Source: Microcoleus sp.
Lineage (GTDB): Bacteria; Cyanobacteriota; Cyanobacteriia; Cyanobacteriales; Microcoleaceae
Reading direction: 5' to 3'
NCBI GenBank assembly: GCA_042408215.1
Contig: JAYFMW010000020.1
Location: forward strand, 576,001-640,000
Length of the DNA stretch: 64,000 bases
A model generated the notes under the pieces. That model searched no databases. It had not been told where the DNA came from and saw only the letters and a program-made list of their open reading frames with translations. Within the stretch, counting starts at the first letter, position 1, and every line of letters starts with the position of its first letter. The position numbers and the translations under genes are program-made. Below, piece by piece: positions 40,829-53,056 of this stretch.

Positions 40829-41195
40829 GGTAGGGACACGGCTCTTGGAGTGTCCCTACAGCCGTCTGCTGTATTTCATCCGCGTACATCCGCGTACATC
40901 CGCTATCATCTGCGGTAAAAATTCCCAAGTAGGGATACGGCCGTGTCCCTACAGCCGTCTGCTGTATTTCATCCGCGTACATCCGCGTACATCCGCTATC
41001 ATCTGCGGTAAAAATTCCCAAGTAGGGAAACGGCTCTTGGAGTGTCCTCATCAAATAACATCTCTTCATCCGCGTTAATCCGCGTACATCCGCTATCATC
41101 TGCGGTAAAAATTCCCAAGTAGGGACTAAGGCCAAGCCGTGAGTAGGGACACGGCAGTGCCGTGAGTAGGGAAACGGCACTGCCGTGTCCCTACT
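40829..41195. repeat. BIME-like mosaic: GTAGGGACAC REP palindromes alternating with ATCCGCGTAC-containing units (~92-100 bp period)
   Basis: Three near-identical units followed by two more REP copies. Confidence 0.85.
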
Positions 41196-41756
41196 TACGC
41201 ATGGGGGTTCAGGGTTTCCGCGAGAGCTCAACCACCGGGGTTTTTTGACGAAAAGACTTCGTTCAAACCCCTAGATTCGGTAAAAAACCCGGTTTCTTTG
41301 CTGTGCGTAACTCTCCGACACACCACCAACTATCTGTAGCTGTAGTTTTTCTAACAGGAGCTACGCAGGCACATAGTAGGGTTTTCTACTATGCCCAAAC
41401 CCTTATTCTATCAATTTATAACTTCATCTGACGCACTCGACAAGTTGATTTAAGTGTGACAATTGGCTTGAGTTATGTATAATTTTTATCCCTATTTCAA
41501 TCCGTGTTGAGTACCGCTTTCCCTCACTTTTCATCCTGAACTTTGGCTTTTTTAACTGTTACACAATCTAGAAATCCCAAGTAGGGACACGGCAGTGCCG
41601 TGTCCCTACTTACCATGTCTAGATTATAAAGATCTCGTAAACCTTGAGGTTGTGTTACGAAATATTAAATAAACATATAATCTCCAAAACTCTGCCCTTA
41701 GTATGATACAGTTACCTCGAATATGATTTATACAACCCCATTGCAACGCGAGGCCA

Positions 41757-42575
41757 GTGAAAGCCCATTTCATCTCAGGACTACCACGATCAGGCTCTAC
41801 TTTGCTGGCCGCTTTATTGCGCCAAAATCCCCGGTTTCACGCGGCCATGACTAGCCCAGTATGGGGCGCAAGTAGAGCGAATGTTGTCAGCCATGAGCGA
41901 AGACAATGAATGTTCCTTATTTATTTACCCGTAACAAAAAGTAGCGCTAATTCTGAGCATCTTTTCGGCCTATTACCACCCGCAAGTTGAAAAAGAAGTA
42001 ATCTTTGATACCAATCGCCTGTGGTGTAGCAAACTGCCATTAATTCGGGAACTATTTCCTGAAGCCAAAGTCATCTGCTCTGTGAGGACTATTGCTTGGA
42101 TAATGGATAGCATTGAGCTACTAATTCCGCGCAACGCCTTTGATGTTTCGAGGTTATTTGATCCAGCAGAACGGGCTACAGTCGCACCGAGGTATTAAGT
42201 CAAGGTTCGCGTTTAGTGGGTTATGCCTATAACGCCCTGAAAGAAGCATTCTACAGCGAACAGAGTGCATCTATTCTATTGGTTGATTACGATCTATTAA
42301 CCAAAGGGCCGGCTAAAACCATGTCGTTGATTTATCAATTTCTGGGTGAAGAGCCTTTTGAGCATGATTTCGAGAATGTTCAATATGAAGAGCCAGAATT
42401 TGATAATAGACTGCAAACAAAAGGCTTACATCAAGTGCGTGCCCAAGTCGAGTTTAAACCGAGAACAACGATTTTACCTCCCGACTTGTTTGAGCGATTT
42501 GATCGCTTATCTTTTTGGACAGAGGCAACAAATAGCCGCGCTAGTGCGATTGTAGCGAAAGCAAAAGAAACATAG
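41757..42575 (+). pseudogene. Sulfotransferase pseudogene
   Basis: HFISGLPRSGSTLL PAPS-binding loop, IFDTNRLW, KVICSVR; several frameshifts and a TAA near 41932; only the 3' part (42216..42575) is open. Confidence 0.85.
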
Positions 42576-42634
42576 ACTTTGAACGGGTATGCATATCTAA
42601 AGACTCAACCAAAACTATCAGACTATCTACAAAC

Positions 42635-45600
42635 ATGAACAAGCAAATTCTTTTCGTAGACTCCTCAGTACAAGACTATCAAAGCCTAATTGACGGCATC
42701 GATCGCGCTCAAATTTTCATTTAAAATGAAAATTTGAGCGCGATCGATCAAATTACTCAAGCCTTAGCCAATCAAAAAGATATTGAAGCTATACACATCC
42801 TTTCGCACGGCAGCGATGGCAGTTTAAAACTCGGTGCTGACGTACTCAATGGAAATAACCTAGAACATTTCAGCAGTCAGATCAAACAGTGGAGAAATGC
42901 GCTGAGTGAGAAAGCAGATATCCTCCTTTATGCCTGCAACTTAGCCAGAGGTCAGATGGGGCAAGCCTTTGTGCAACGCCTGAGTCAACTCACAAATGCC
43001 AACATCGCCGCCGCCACCAACTTGACAGGCAGTGCAGCTTTAGGCGGAGACTGGAAACTAAATTTCAGAACCGGAAAAATAGCTGCCTCCTTAGCATTTT
43101 CCCCCGCTGCGATCGCAGCTTACAGCCATGTTTTACCATCTAATGACAATTTTGTTGATGCCATTGTCGTGCCAGGCACCACCTACACTGCTTTATCCAC
43201 AAATGTGGGAACAACTGGGCAGGTGGGAGAGCCAAATTATGCGACTGCCTCTAGCACTCTCAACTCTGTTTGGTGGTCGTGGACTGCCCCAGCCTCCGGC
43301 AATACGAGCATCAATACCTTTGGTTCTTTCTTTGACACCACATTAGCAGTCTACACAGGCACTGCTGTCAACAGCTTAACCGTTGTCGCCAGCAACGACG
43401 ACTTATCGGGCTTCGGTTCCGGCCCAAGTGGCGTCACCTTTGCAGCTACGACTGGCACCACCTACCGAATTGCAGTTGATGGGTTTTCTGCAAACACTGG
43501 CACAATTCAATTCAACCTCGACCAAGTTCCCACCCCCACCAATGACAATTTTGCCAGTGCCATTGCCCTCACAGGAACCAGTGCCACAGCTTTATCCACA
43601 AATGTAGGTACAACTGGGGAGGTGGGAGAGACAAATCATGCGGCTGCATCAGGCACTCTCAACTCCCTTTGGTGGTCGTGGACAGCACCCTCTTCTGGGA
43701 CGTTTGCTGTTGATACTGTTGGCAGTCAATTTAACACCACATTAGGAGTCTACACAGGCACAGCAGTCAACAGCTTAACCGCTGTCGCCAGTAATGATGA
43801 CATCCCTGGGACTAAGTTCAGTGGTGTCACCTTTACAGCAGTTGCCGGAACTACTTACCAAATTGCCGTTGATGGGAATGCGGCAACTACGGGTAATGCT
43901 CAACTCAACCTCAACCAAGTCCCCACCCCCACCAATGATAATTTTGCCAATGCTATTGCTCTGACAGGAACAACTAGCACCAGCTTTGCCACAAATGTAG
44001 GGGCAACTGGGGAAACCGGAGAGGGAAATCATGCTGCTGCATCAGCCACTCTCAACTCCCTTTGGTGGTCGTGGACAGCGCCCTCTTCTGGGTTTACGTC
44101 GTTTAATACCCTTGGCAGTCAATTTAACACGACATTAGCAGTCTACACAGGCACAGCAGTCAACAGCTTAACTGCTGTCGCCAGTAACGATAACATCATC
44201 GCCTTTCAGCAAAGTGGTGTCAGCTTTACAGCAGTTGCCGGTACTACTTACCAAATTGCCGTTGATGGGACTGTGGCAAATACGGGTACTGTTCAACTCA
44301 ACTTGGTCTCCGACCCTCCTCCCACCGTTACCAGTATCACTTCCACTACAACTAATGGCATTTACGGCATCGGTCAAGTCATCCCCATCACCGTTCAGTT
44401 CAGCGAACTCGTCACTGTTACGGGCATTCCCCAACTTACTTTAAACTCAGGTGCTACCGCCAACTACACCAGCGGTAGCGGCAGCAACACGCTAACATTC
44501 AACTACACTGTCGCAGCGGGACAAACATCTGCCGATCTCGACTACACTGCTACTACAGCTTTGAGTTTAAACGGCGGCAGTATCTCTGATGCCTTAAATA
44601 ATGCTGTTTTAACGCTATCTGCACCCGGAGCAACTAACTCATTAGGTAATAACAAAGCTTTAGTAATTGATACTACAGTACCTACAGTTGCCTTAACCTC
44701 GACATCCCCAACCACCACAAACGCACCATTTTTAGTCACAGCAACCTTCAGCGAAACCGTCACAGGATTTATCGACACCGACGTGACTGTTGCTAACGGT
44801 ACTGTGAGCGGATTTACAGGTAGTGGCACAACTTATACTTTCACAGTCACACCAACTGCTGATGGTAATGTCACAGTTGATATCCCCGCAGCTACAGCCA
44901 CTAACACCGTTGGTAATAGCAATACCGCAGCCACTCAATTAACTCGGACTGCTGATATCACCGTACCTACAGTTGCCTTAACCTCGACATCCCCAACCAC
45001 CACAAACGCACCATTTTTAGTCACAGCAACCTTCAGCGAAACCGTCACAGGATTTATCGACACCGACGTTAATCTAACTAACGGTACAATTAGCGATTTT
45101 ACAGGTAGCGGTACAACTTATAATTTCACAGTTACACCAACTGCTGATGGTAATGTCACCGTAGATATCCCCGCATCATCTGCCACAGATACCGCTGGTA
45201 ACAACAATACCGCAGCCACTCAATTAACTCGCACTGCTGATATTATCTCACCAACAGTAGCCCTAACATCAACTTCCCCAACCACCACAAACGCACCATT
45301 TTTAGTAACAGCAACCTTCAGCGAAACCGTCACAGGATTTATCGACACCGACGTGACTGTTGCTAACGGTACTGTGAGCGGTTTTACAGGTAGTGGCACA
45401 ACTTATACTTTCACAGTCACACCAACTGCTGATGGTAATGTCACCGTAGATATCCCCGCATCATCTGCCACAGATACAGCAGGTAACAACAATACCGCAG
45501 CCACTCAATTAACTCGCACTGCTGATATCACCGCCCCCACTGTCACTTTAGCATCAACTTCCGCAACCACAGTAACTGGTTTATTTAGCGCCACTGCTAC

Positions 45601-48242
45601 CTTTACTGAAGATGTCATCGGCTTTGATACTACTGATATCACCGTCGCCAATGCTACTACGAGTAACTTGGTCGCAGTTGATGCGAAAACTTACACTTTT
45701 GATGTGACTCCGACTGCGGATGGAAATGTCACTGTTGATATTCCGGCGACGAAAGCTACGGATACTGTTGGTAATAATAATACTGCTGCTACTCAGTTAA
45801 CTCGCACTGCTGATATTACCGCACCGACTGTTACTTTAGCATCAACTTCACCAACCACAGTTAACGGTTTATTTAGCGTCACTGCTACCTTTACTGAAGA
45901 TGTCACGGGTTTTGATACTACTGATATCACCGTCGCCAATGCTACTGTTGGTAACTTTACCACAGTAGATGCGAAAACCTACACTTTTGATGTGACTCCC
46001 ACTGCGGATGGAAATGTCACAGTTGATGTACTTGCGGCTAAAGCTACGGATACTGTTGGTAATAATAATACCGCAGCAACTCAACTAACTCGCACAGCTA
46101 ATGTCACCGTACCAATTGTTGATGTTACCGCACCAACTGTTACTTTAACATCCACTTCCACACCAACAGTTAACGGTTTATTTAGCGTTACTGCTACCTT
46201 TACTGAAGATGTCATCGGCTTTGATACTACTGATATTACCGTCGCCAATGCTACTACGAGTAACTTTGTTAAAGTAGACGCCAAAACCTACACTTTTGAT
46301 GTGACTCCCACTGCGGATGGAAATGTCACAGTGGATATTCCGGCGGCTCAAGCTACAGATACTGCGGGTAATAATAATACCGCAGCAACTCAACTAACTC
46401 GCACAGCTAATGTCACCGTACCAATTGTTGATGTTACCGCACCAACTGTTACTTTAACATCCACTTCCACACCAACAGTTAACGGTTTATTTAGCGTTAC
46501 TGCTACCTTTACTGAAGATGTCATCGGCTTTGATACTACTGATATCACCGTCGCCAATGCAACTGTTGGTAACTTTGTCGCAGTAGATGCAAAAACCTAC
46601 ACTTTTGATGTGACTCCCACTGCGGATGGAAATGTCACTGTTGATGTACTTGCGGCTCAAGCTACAGATACTGCGGGTAATAATAATACCGCAGCAACTC
46701 AACTAACTCGCACAGCTAATGTCACCGTACCAATTGTTGATGTTACCGCACCAACTGTTACTTTAACATCCACTTCCACACCAACAGTTAACGGTTTATT
46801 TAGCGTCACTGCTACCTTTACTGAAGATGTCATCGGCTTTGATACTACTGATATTACCGTCGCCAATGCTACTACGAGTAACTTTGTTAAAGTAGATGCA
46901 AAAACCTACACTTTTGATGTGACTCCCACTGCGGATGGAAATGTCACAGTTGATGTACTTGCGGCTAAAGCTACGGATACTGTTGGTAATAATAATACTG
47001 CTGCTACTCAGTTAACTCGCACTGCTGATATCACCGCACCAATTGTAGATGCTACCGCACCAACTGCTAACTTTGGTGCAATTTCTAACATTACTACAGC
47101 AGGAGGAACCAGTCAAAGTTTGACTGTGACTTTCAGCGATAGTAATGCTGTTGATGTTTCCAGTTTGGATAATTCTGATGTTTTGATAAATTGGTCTGGC
47201 GGTGATATTCCTGCAAAATTTGTCAGTGTCGATACTAATAGTAATGGTACGCCGCGTACAGCAACTTATTCGTTTATTCCTCCTGGTGGAAGTTGGGATG
47301 ATACTGACAATGGAACTTACACTGTCAAGTTACAAGGAAGTCAGGTTAAAGATGCACTTGGCAATTTTAATGCTGCTACCAGTTTAGGGACTTTTAACGT
47401 TAATGTTGCGGTTCCGGTTCCGACACCAACTCCATCGGTAACACCAACTCCATCGGTAACACCGCAACCGATACCAATTCCATTGGTAACACCGACACCA
47501 ACACCATCGGTAACACCAACACCAACACCCACAGCGATCGCAATTAACACACCACCAGTCGGTACTATCGATCGCGGTGAACCAACTAATTTCCCACAAA
47601 ATCAAGTGGTAGATAACCAATATCTACTGAGTGATAATGATGACACCAGTATCCCACAATCAGCATTTGGTAAACCTATATTCGGGTTATCAGGTAATGA
47701 TAAGTTGACCGGAAGTGCCGAGAATGACATCATCTATGGTAACGAAGGCGCTGATACCATTGATGGCGGTGATGGTAACGATCAATTGTTTGGGGGGAAA
47801 AAATCGGATCAATTGTCTGGTGGTAATGGGAATGACTTCTTGAGTGCAAATAATGACAATGATACTCTCACGGGTGGCGATGGGTAACGATCTCTTACGC
47901 GGGGGTAAGGAAAATGATGTTTTGATAGGTGGGAATGGGGATGATGAATTGTGGGGCGATCGAGGTTTCGATGTGCTCACAGGTGGTGCGGGTAATGATA
48001 CCTTTGTATTACAATATACCGCTACTAACTCATCTCAAGCTGATGCGATCGCTGACTTCACTTCCGATGATAAAATCAAGTTGATTGGTGTTACTTTCAG
48101 TCAACTAACTTTTGAGTCAGTTAATGTCATCTTAGATGGTGCAACTGCTGTAGCTTCAACGGCGATTAAGTCTGGGAATAACTACTTGGGAGTGGTTTAT
48201 AATGTGAATCAAACTGCTCTTAATAGTGGCTCTTTCTTGTAA
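42635..48242 (+). pseudogene. Giant T1SS-type surface protein (DUF4347, three beta-sandwich repeats, eight Ig-like repeats, PT linker, RTX repeats), interrupted as given
   Basis: MNKQILFVDSSVQDY start; in-frame TAA at 42722-24; IHILSHG and LLYACNL DUF4347 motifs; GGxGND RTX repeats; +1 shift at ~47884. Confidence 0.85.
44670..47040 (+). repeat. Eight tandem ~291-309-bp Ig-like domain repeats
   Basis: Repeated PTVxLxSTS...VTPTADGNVTVD...NNTAATQLTRTA, in two sub-types. Confidence 0.9.
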
Positions 48243-48298
48243 GATTGTTGGGGAAGACACTATACTCGATAAATGCCCGTAGGGACACTCCAAGATCC

Positions 48299-48511
48299 CA
48301 TTGGTGTCAACTTAACGTTAAACCCAGTCACAGATTGCTGTTTGACTATTAAATCTAGATCCCCCCGCATTCTTGCCCCCTACTCCCCCTTAAGAAGGGG
48401 GGGACAGGAGTCTTTTCAAAGTCCCCCTTCTTAAGGGGGATTTAGGGGGATCTAGACTTAGCGTAAAACCCAGATTTATCAGGGGTTTCAGCCTGGTTGT
48501 TGACACCAATG
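48299..48511. mobile_element. MITE-like element (copy 3) with 13-bp TIR CATTGGTGTCAAC, nested in a REP
   Basis: Perfect TIRs; flanked by GTAGGGACAC (48279) and CCCTAC halves. Confidence 0.75.
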
Positions 48512-48773
48512 TCCAAGAGCCGTCTCCCTACTGCACTTCATAAACCTGGGATACGCTGTAAGAGCACTACAAATGCTCCGGGCTAATACCAATAGTCCTG
48601 GACGCATGGGGCCCCAGAAACCGGGTTTTTTACGAAAATACTGCGTTGCAGATCGCAGATTCGGTAAAAAACCCGGTTTCTGGCTACCCACCCAAAATCT
48701 AAGAAACCGGGTTTTTTCCGAAATCTTGGAGTTGTCACCAAGTCTGTGGCAAAAACCCGGTTTCTGGGCACTA

Positions 48774-49733
48774 TCAAACAGCCTTAGCCCACTCTATCCA
48801 TGTTTCCATCGGGCGGAAACCTACTGATTTGTAAAGCTTTGTTGCACCTGTCAAACTGTCAGCATCGACGCTGAGTTTAGCTATATTAGCACCGGCTGCT
48901 TTTAATCGGTGCAAGCCCGCTAGTAGCATGGCTTTTCCTAATCCCATTTTCCGAAAGTCGCGCCGCGTACCCAATAATTCAATCCAGCCGTCTTTTGTGC
49001 CGCTGCTGGGGTTTTTTTGGGGTTTGATTTGACAGTCGCAGAAAGCAGCAAATTTGCGATCGCCCGAAATAGCAATCAAGTCTAATTCTGGCTGATAATT
49101 CGGATCTTGCATCCAATAACGCACGGTTTCCGCAGTTAAATCGTGGTGATTCCAGTGATCGATAAATGACTGGTTAAACATCTCTACCCACGGTTGGATG
49201 TCTTTTTCTCCCGATACGTGGGTTAATGCAAAGTCTGCGGGGAATTCGGGTGTAGGAATGGGATCGGCGAGGGATCGGGCCATTGTTAAAAAGTAGCGAT
49301 CGACTACAAAGCCCTGTTTTTCCAATAACATGATTTCATTGGTTTTGTCATCGCGGCTGTAGGTACGCAATTTTGCTGGCAAATTCCGTTCTTTTCCTAC
49401 TTCATGCAGCCGCTGTTCTCCCCACTTAATTATGTCTTTTTCTAAACCTTCGCCCCGTACATTTGGATGCAGGTAAAACCAGAGACAAGCGTCTATTTCA
49501 TCCAGCGAATCGGGCATATCTAACAACGCCAAACCGATCAGTTTGTAGTTCCCATCTTCCCATAATTGCACGTCGCGGGCTTGGTCGAGTTTGGGTGCAT
49601 CAAGTATTAGCTTAAGTTCGGTTGCTGAGACTTCTTCGCCGAGGCGATCGACTGTTTCGCAAGCGTCGATTAAATTTGCGATCGCGCACCAGTCAGTTTC
49701 GCCCCTGTAGGAGCGCATTTTCAAGGTAGTCAT
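48774..49733 (-). CDS. Tandem-domain GNAT acetyltransferase (MshD-like architecture)
   Basis: Two GNAT halves (YLHPNVRGEGL; LGTRRDFRKMGLG...ATKLYKSVGF). Confidence 0.88.
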   Translation of the reverse strand: MTTLKMRSYRGETDWCAIANLIDACETVDRLGEEVSATELKLILDAPKLDQARDVQLWEDGNYKLIGLALLDMPDSLDEIDACLWFYLHPNVRGEGLEKDIIKWGEQRLHEVGKERNLPAKLRTYSRDDKTNEIMLLEKQGFVVDRYFLTMARSLADPIPTPEFPADFALTHVSGEKDIQPWVEMFNQSFIDHWNHHDLTAETVRYWMQDPNYQPELDLIAISGDRKFAAFCDCQIKPQKNPSSGTKDGWIELLGTRRDFRKMGLGKAMLLAGLHRLKAAGANIAKLSVDADSLTGATKLYKSVGFRPMETWIEWAKAV

Positions 49734-50196
49734 AAAAAACTTGCAATCCGTAATTTCGGATTGTTCCTATTAGTGGATGTTGTCAAACGAGTACAGTAAT
49801 TCGGACATTTTTTAGAAATGCCAGTAACAGGCAAGATGCCTGTTCCACAAGACATAGATATTCTTGTGGCGCGGGTTTGTGTGTCCGCACCTAAACCGCT
49901 TTTAGTAGGGGAACGGCATTGCCGTGTCCTTTGAGAATGGTGTCGATAAAACTCCGAAACCTGTTTATATCACCCAGGCTTTCAGGTTTTATCTCATAGC
50001 GCAATCATAAAAATTAGTTTGCCCTTTTGGGCTAGTTTTGTATGTGAGTTTATGTCTGGATGTCGATGAGCGGCGCTCTCTTTCGTTACCAAGCCTGGTG
50101 CTTGAGTAACTATCGTTTGAATAAAGTTGCTTAAGCTAAGTAAAGAAGTTGTCACCCCCACTGGGTCGTTGATTTTTACTTTGGCTATCTATTTCA

Positions 50197-50225
50197 AGTA
50201 TAGCTGCTGCGGGTTTTTTTGGCAA
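50197..50225 (-). promoter_or_regulatory. Sigma70-type promoter pointing toward the GNAT gene
   Basis: TTGCCA-17 nt-TATACT on the minus strand. Confidence 0.55.
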
Positions 50226-50401
50226 GTTTGAGATGAAGCGAATCTTGCTAGTATTAATGACGGGGGAATTTATCCTAACGTTAAACTAACGTTAAACTAA
50301 ATTTTGTGATGAGAATAACAACCTTTTTGGCGGTTGGGATATTCTCGATCGCCGAAACCCTCTTCCTTCTTCCTTCTTCCTTCCTTCCCTATGAGGTAAA
50401 G

Positions 50402-51886
50402 ATGCTCGACAACCTGGATTTAGATATTTCCATCGATAAAGAAACCTACGATGCCAAGATAGAAGTTTTAATGCAGCAGTTGCGATCGCTCCAACTGGCT
50501 TGCTGGGAAAAAAAATTGCCTGTAATCATTGTCCTGGAAGGTTGGGCGGCCGCCGGCAAAGGTGCCCTGGTCAAACAAATGGTAGGGTACATGGACCCGC
50601 GGGGGTTTGCGGTACACCCGATTTGGCCGCCGTCAGCCGAGGAAATGGGCTATCCTTTCCTGTGGCGGTTTTGGCAGAAATTGCCCGATCGCGGTCGCAT
50701 TGGTTTTTTCTACCACAGTTGGTACACCCATATTTTAGAAGACCGATTGTTCGATCGACTGTCCGAGGCTCAAGTACCGACAGTCATCAGACAAATCAAC
50801 TCCTTCGAGCGCCAGATGGTAGATGACGGCGCAGCAATTGCCAAATTTTGGATTCACCTGAGCAAAAAAGAACTCAAGCACCGGCTCAAAAAACTAGAAG
50901 CCGACAGCTTACAAGCTTGGCGAGTGCGGCCCGAAGACTGGAAACAAGCCAAAAAATACGCAGAATACAAAACTTTTGCCGAAGAAATGGTTACCCAAAC
51001 CGGCACTGGGCCGGCACCCTGGACATTAGTAGAAGGCGACTGTCAACGTTGGGCGAGAGTCAAAGTTTTAACACAAATGGCGGCCACAATTACAGAAGCC
51101 TTAGACAGACGAACGATGCAATCAGCACCGATACAATTGCCGCATCAAGAACACTTACAACCTACTGAACCAGACTTGCTCGCCCAAGTGGATTTAACTG
51201 CATCCCTGTCCCCAGAGGAGTACAAACAACAACTTCGCCAAGAACAAACCCGTTTTAGCAAACTGCAACAGAGCATCTACGAACACCAAATGCCCGTGTT
51301 AGTGTTGTTTGAAGGCTGGGACGCCGCCGGCAAAGGAGGAGCCATCAAACGCTTGACGGACATCCTAGACCCCCGCAGTTACGCAGTTAATGCCTTTGCA
51401 GTTCCCACAGACGAAGAAAAAGCCCATCAATACCTGTGGCGATTCTGGCGGAAGTTGCCGACTGCGGGCAAAATTAGCATTTGCGATCGGAGTTGGTATG
51501 GTAGAGTGCTAGTCGAGCGAGTCGAAGGATTTGCCACCGAACTCGAATGGCGCCGAGCTTACCAAGAAATCAACGAATTTGAGGAGCAACTCACCAGTGC
51601 GGGTTGCATCTTAGTTAAATTCTGGCTTCACATCAGCCCCGACGAGCAACTAAAGCGATTTACAGAGCGGCAAAATAATTCATTTAAACAATACAAACTC
51701 ACCGAGGAAGATTGGCGGAATCGCCAAAAGTGGAATTTTTATGAGGTGGCGGTGAATCAAATGATTCAGCGAACCAGTACGCCCACTGCTCCTTGGACAC
51801 CAATTGCGGCCGATAACAAGTATTATGCTCGTGTTAAAGTAATTCAAACGGTAACGCAGGCAATTCGGAATCAACTGAAACGCTGA
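50402..51886 (+). CDS. pap: Polyphosphate:AMP phosphotransferase (two-domain PPK2)
   Basis: Two PPK2 domains (EGWAAAGKG, degenerate; EGWDAAGKGG...DRSWY, canonical); ATG 50402 with GAGG RBS. Confidence 0.92.
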   Translation: MLDNLDLDISIDKETYDAKIEVLMQQLRSLQLACWEKKLPVIIVLEGWAAAGKGALVKQMVGYMDPRGFAVHPIWPPSAEEMGYPFLWRFWQKLPDRGRIGFFYHSWYTHILEDRLFDRLSEAQVPTVIRQINSFERQMVDDGAAIAKFWIHLSKKELKHRLKKLEADSLQAWRVRPEDWKQAKKYAEYKTFAEEMVTQTGTGPAPWTLVEGDCQRWARVKVLTQMAATITEALDRRTMQSAPIQLPHQEHLQPTEPDLLAQVDLTASLSPEEYKQQLRQEQTRFSKLQQSIYEHQMPVLVLFEGWDAAGKGGAIKRLTDILDPRSYAVNAFAVPTDEEKAHQYLWRFWRKLPTAGKISICDRSWYGRVLVERVEGFATELEWRRAYQEINEFEEQLTSAGCILVKFWLHISPDEQLKRFTERQNNSFKQYKLTEEDWRNRQKWNFYEVAVNQMIQRTSTPTAPWTPIAADNKYYARVKVIQTVTQAIRNQLKR

Positions 51887-52055
51887 TCGATTGGCAGCGG
51901 TGAATCGGTAACAGGTAATGGCAAAAAATAGCAGGCAGCAGGAATCAGGCACGATTGTCAATTCCACCAGCCTGCGATCGACCCATTACCAATTACCAAT
52001 AAACCATTACCAGTTATCAATTACCCAGTAACTTAAATACAGACAATATTGCAAG

Positions 52056-53048
52056 ATGTTTGTACTACTAGCTCGAATTCTATTTCTATTCCTGTTGTTC
52101 TCATTAGTCAAATCTTGGTGGGATCAGTCAGGAGGCAAAGACAATCCATTATTAGACCGGCTGCGCGTCTTATTGCTGATCAGCCTTCTGCTGCTCGCTT
52201 TTTTTGCCCCAGACACGCCGGTCGGAGCAGCGATTTTCAGCTTAGTGGCTTTCTTCTTTAAGCCGCTGGGTTTTTCGATTACATTGCTGGTGATTGCATC
52301 GGCGCTGATCACAAACGGGGGCATCCGCAACCCGGCACCGAAATTAATCCTGGCCGCGCTCCTAGTTTTGATCCTTTCGAGTATGCCAGTTGTGGCTTTG
52401 TGGTTCGCAGACCAAGCAGAACGGGAATCCGCAGCCGCTGTCAGCACAAATTGTTGCGATGAAACTGCTGCGGCGATCGTCCTGTTGGGTAAGGGCACAA
52501 CTCAGGCTCACATCCCCAACCGGGTGGCGATTCAACTGACAGATACAGGTAATCGCTTGCCCTATGCTGCTGTTCTTTACAAAAAACAACTAGCACCTTT
52601 GGTGATTGTGACGGCTGGGCCCAGACCGGAGCTAGAGGGTTATGTTGGCGAAGCTAAGGATATCCAGACTTTGCTAGCCAGCAACATGGGTGTGCCCCGC
52701 AGCAGCATCATTCTCGACGAGAACGGCAGGAACATACGCACCAGCGCCCAGGAAGTGAGAAAGATCTTGGATAGCCGTGGCGTGGAACGCAAGGTACTCC
52801 TTGTTACTTCTGCGATTCAGATGCGCCGCGCTAGCCTAGCTTTTGCTGATGTGGGAATCCAGGTGGTTCCTAGAGCTACCGACTTCTACACTTTTCAACC
52901 CACCGCAGGAGGGAAGTCCAGGCTGCGTATAGATGTGGCAGATTTTCTGCCCAGTGCAGAAGCTTTGGTAACTACGACGCGAGTATTTGATGAATATTTC
53001 GGGTCTTTTTATTACTTTTTGCGTGGCTGGCTGGCTCCGAGCGCCTAA
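52056..53048 (+). CDS. YdcF/DUF218 family membrane protein
   Basis: N-terminal TM segments; AIVLLG and LLVTSAIQMRRA motifs. Confidence 0.85.
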   Translation: MFVLLARILFLFLLFSLVKSWWDQSGGKDNPLLDRLRVLLLISLLLLAFFAPDTPVGAAIFSLVAFFFKPLGFSITLLVIASALITNGGIRNPAPKLILAALLVLILSSMPVVALWFADQAERESAAAVSTNCCDETAAAIVLLGKGTTQAHIPNRVAIQLTDTGNRLPYAAVLYKKQLAPLVIVTAGPRPELEGYVGEAKDIQTLLASNMGVPRSSIILDENGRNIRTSAQEVRKILDSRGVERKVLLVTSAIQMRRASLAFADVGIQVVPRATDFYTFQPTAGGKSRLRIDVADFLPSAEALVTTTRVFDEYFGSFYYFLRGWLAPSA

Positions 53049-53056
53049 AATCGCGT

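Noticed and set aside
40829..41195. CRISPR array or small ORFs (40818..41231, 40845..41078)
   Set aside because: The units are near-identical mosaics of REP palindromes, and the ORFs are repeat-derived.
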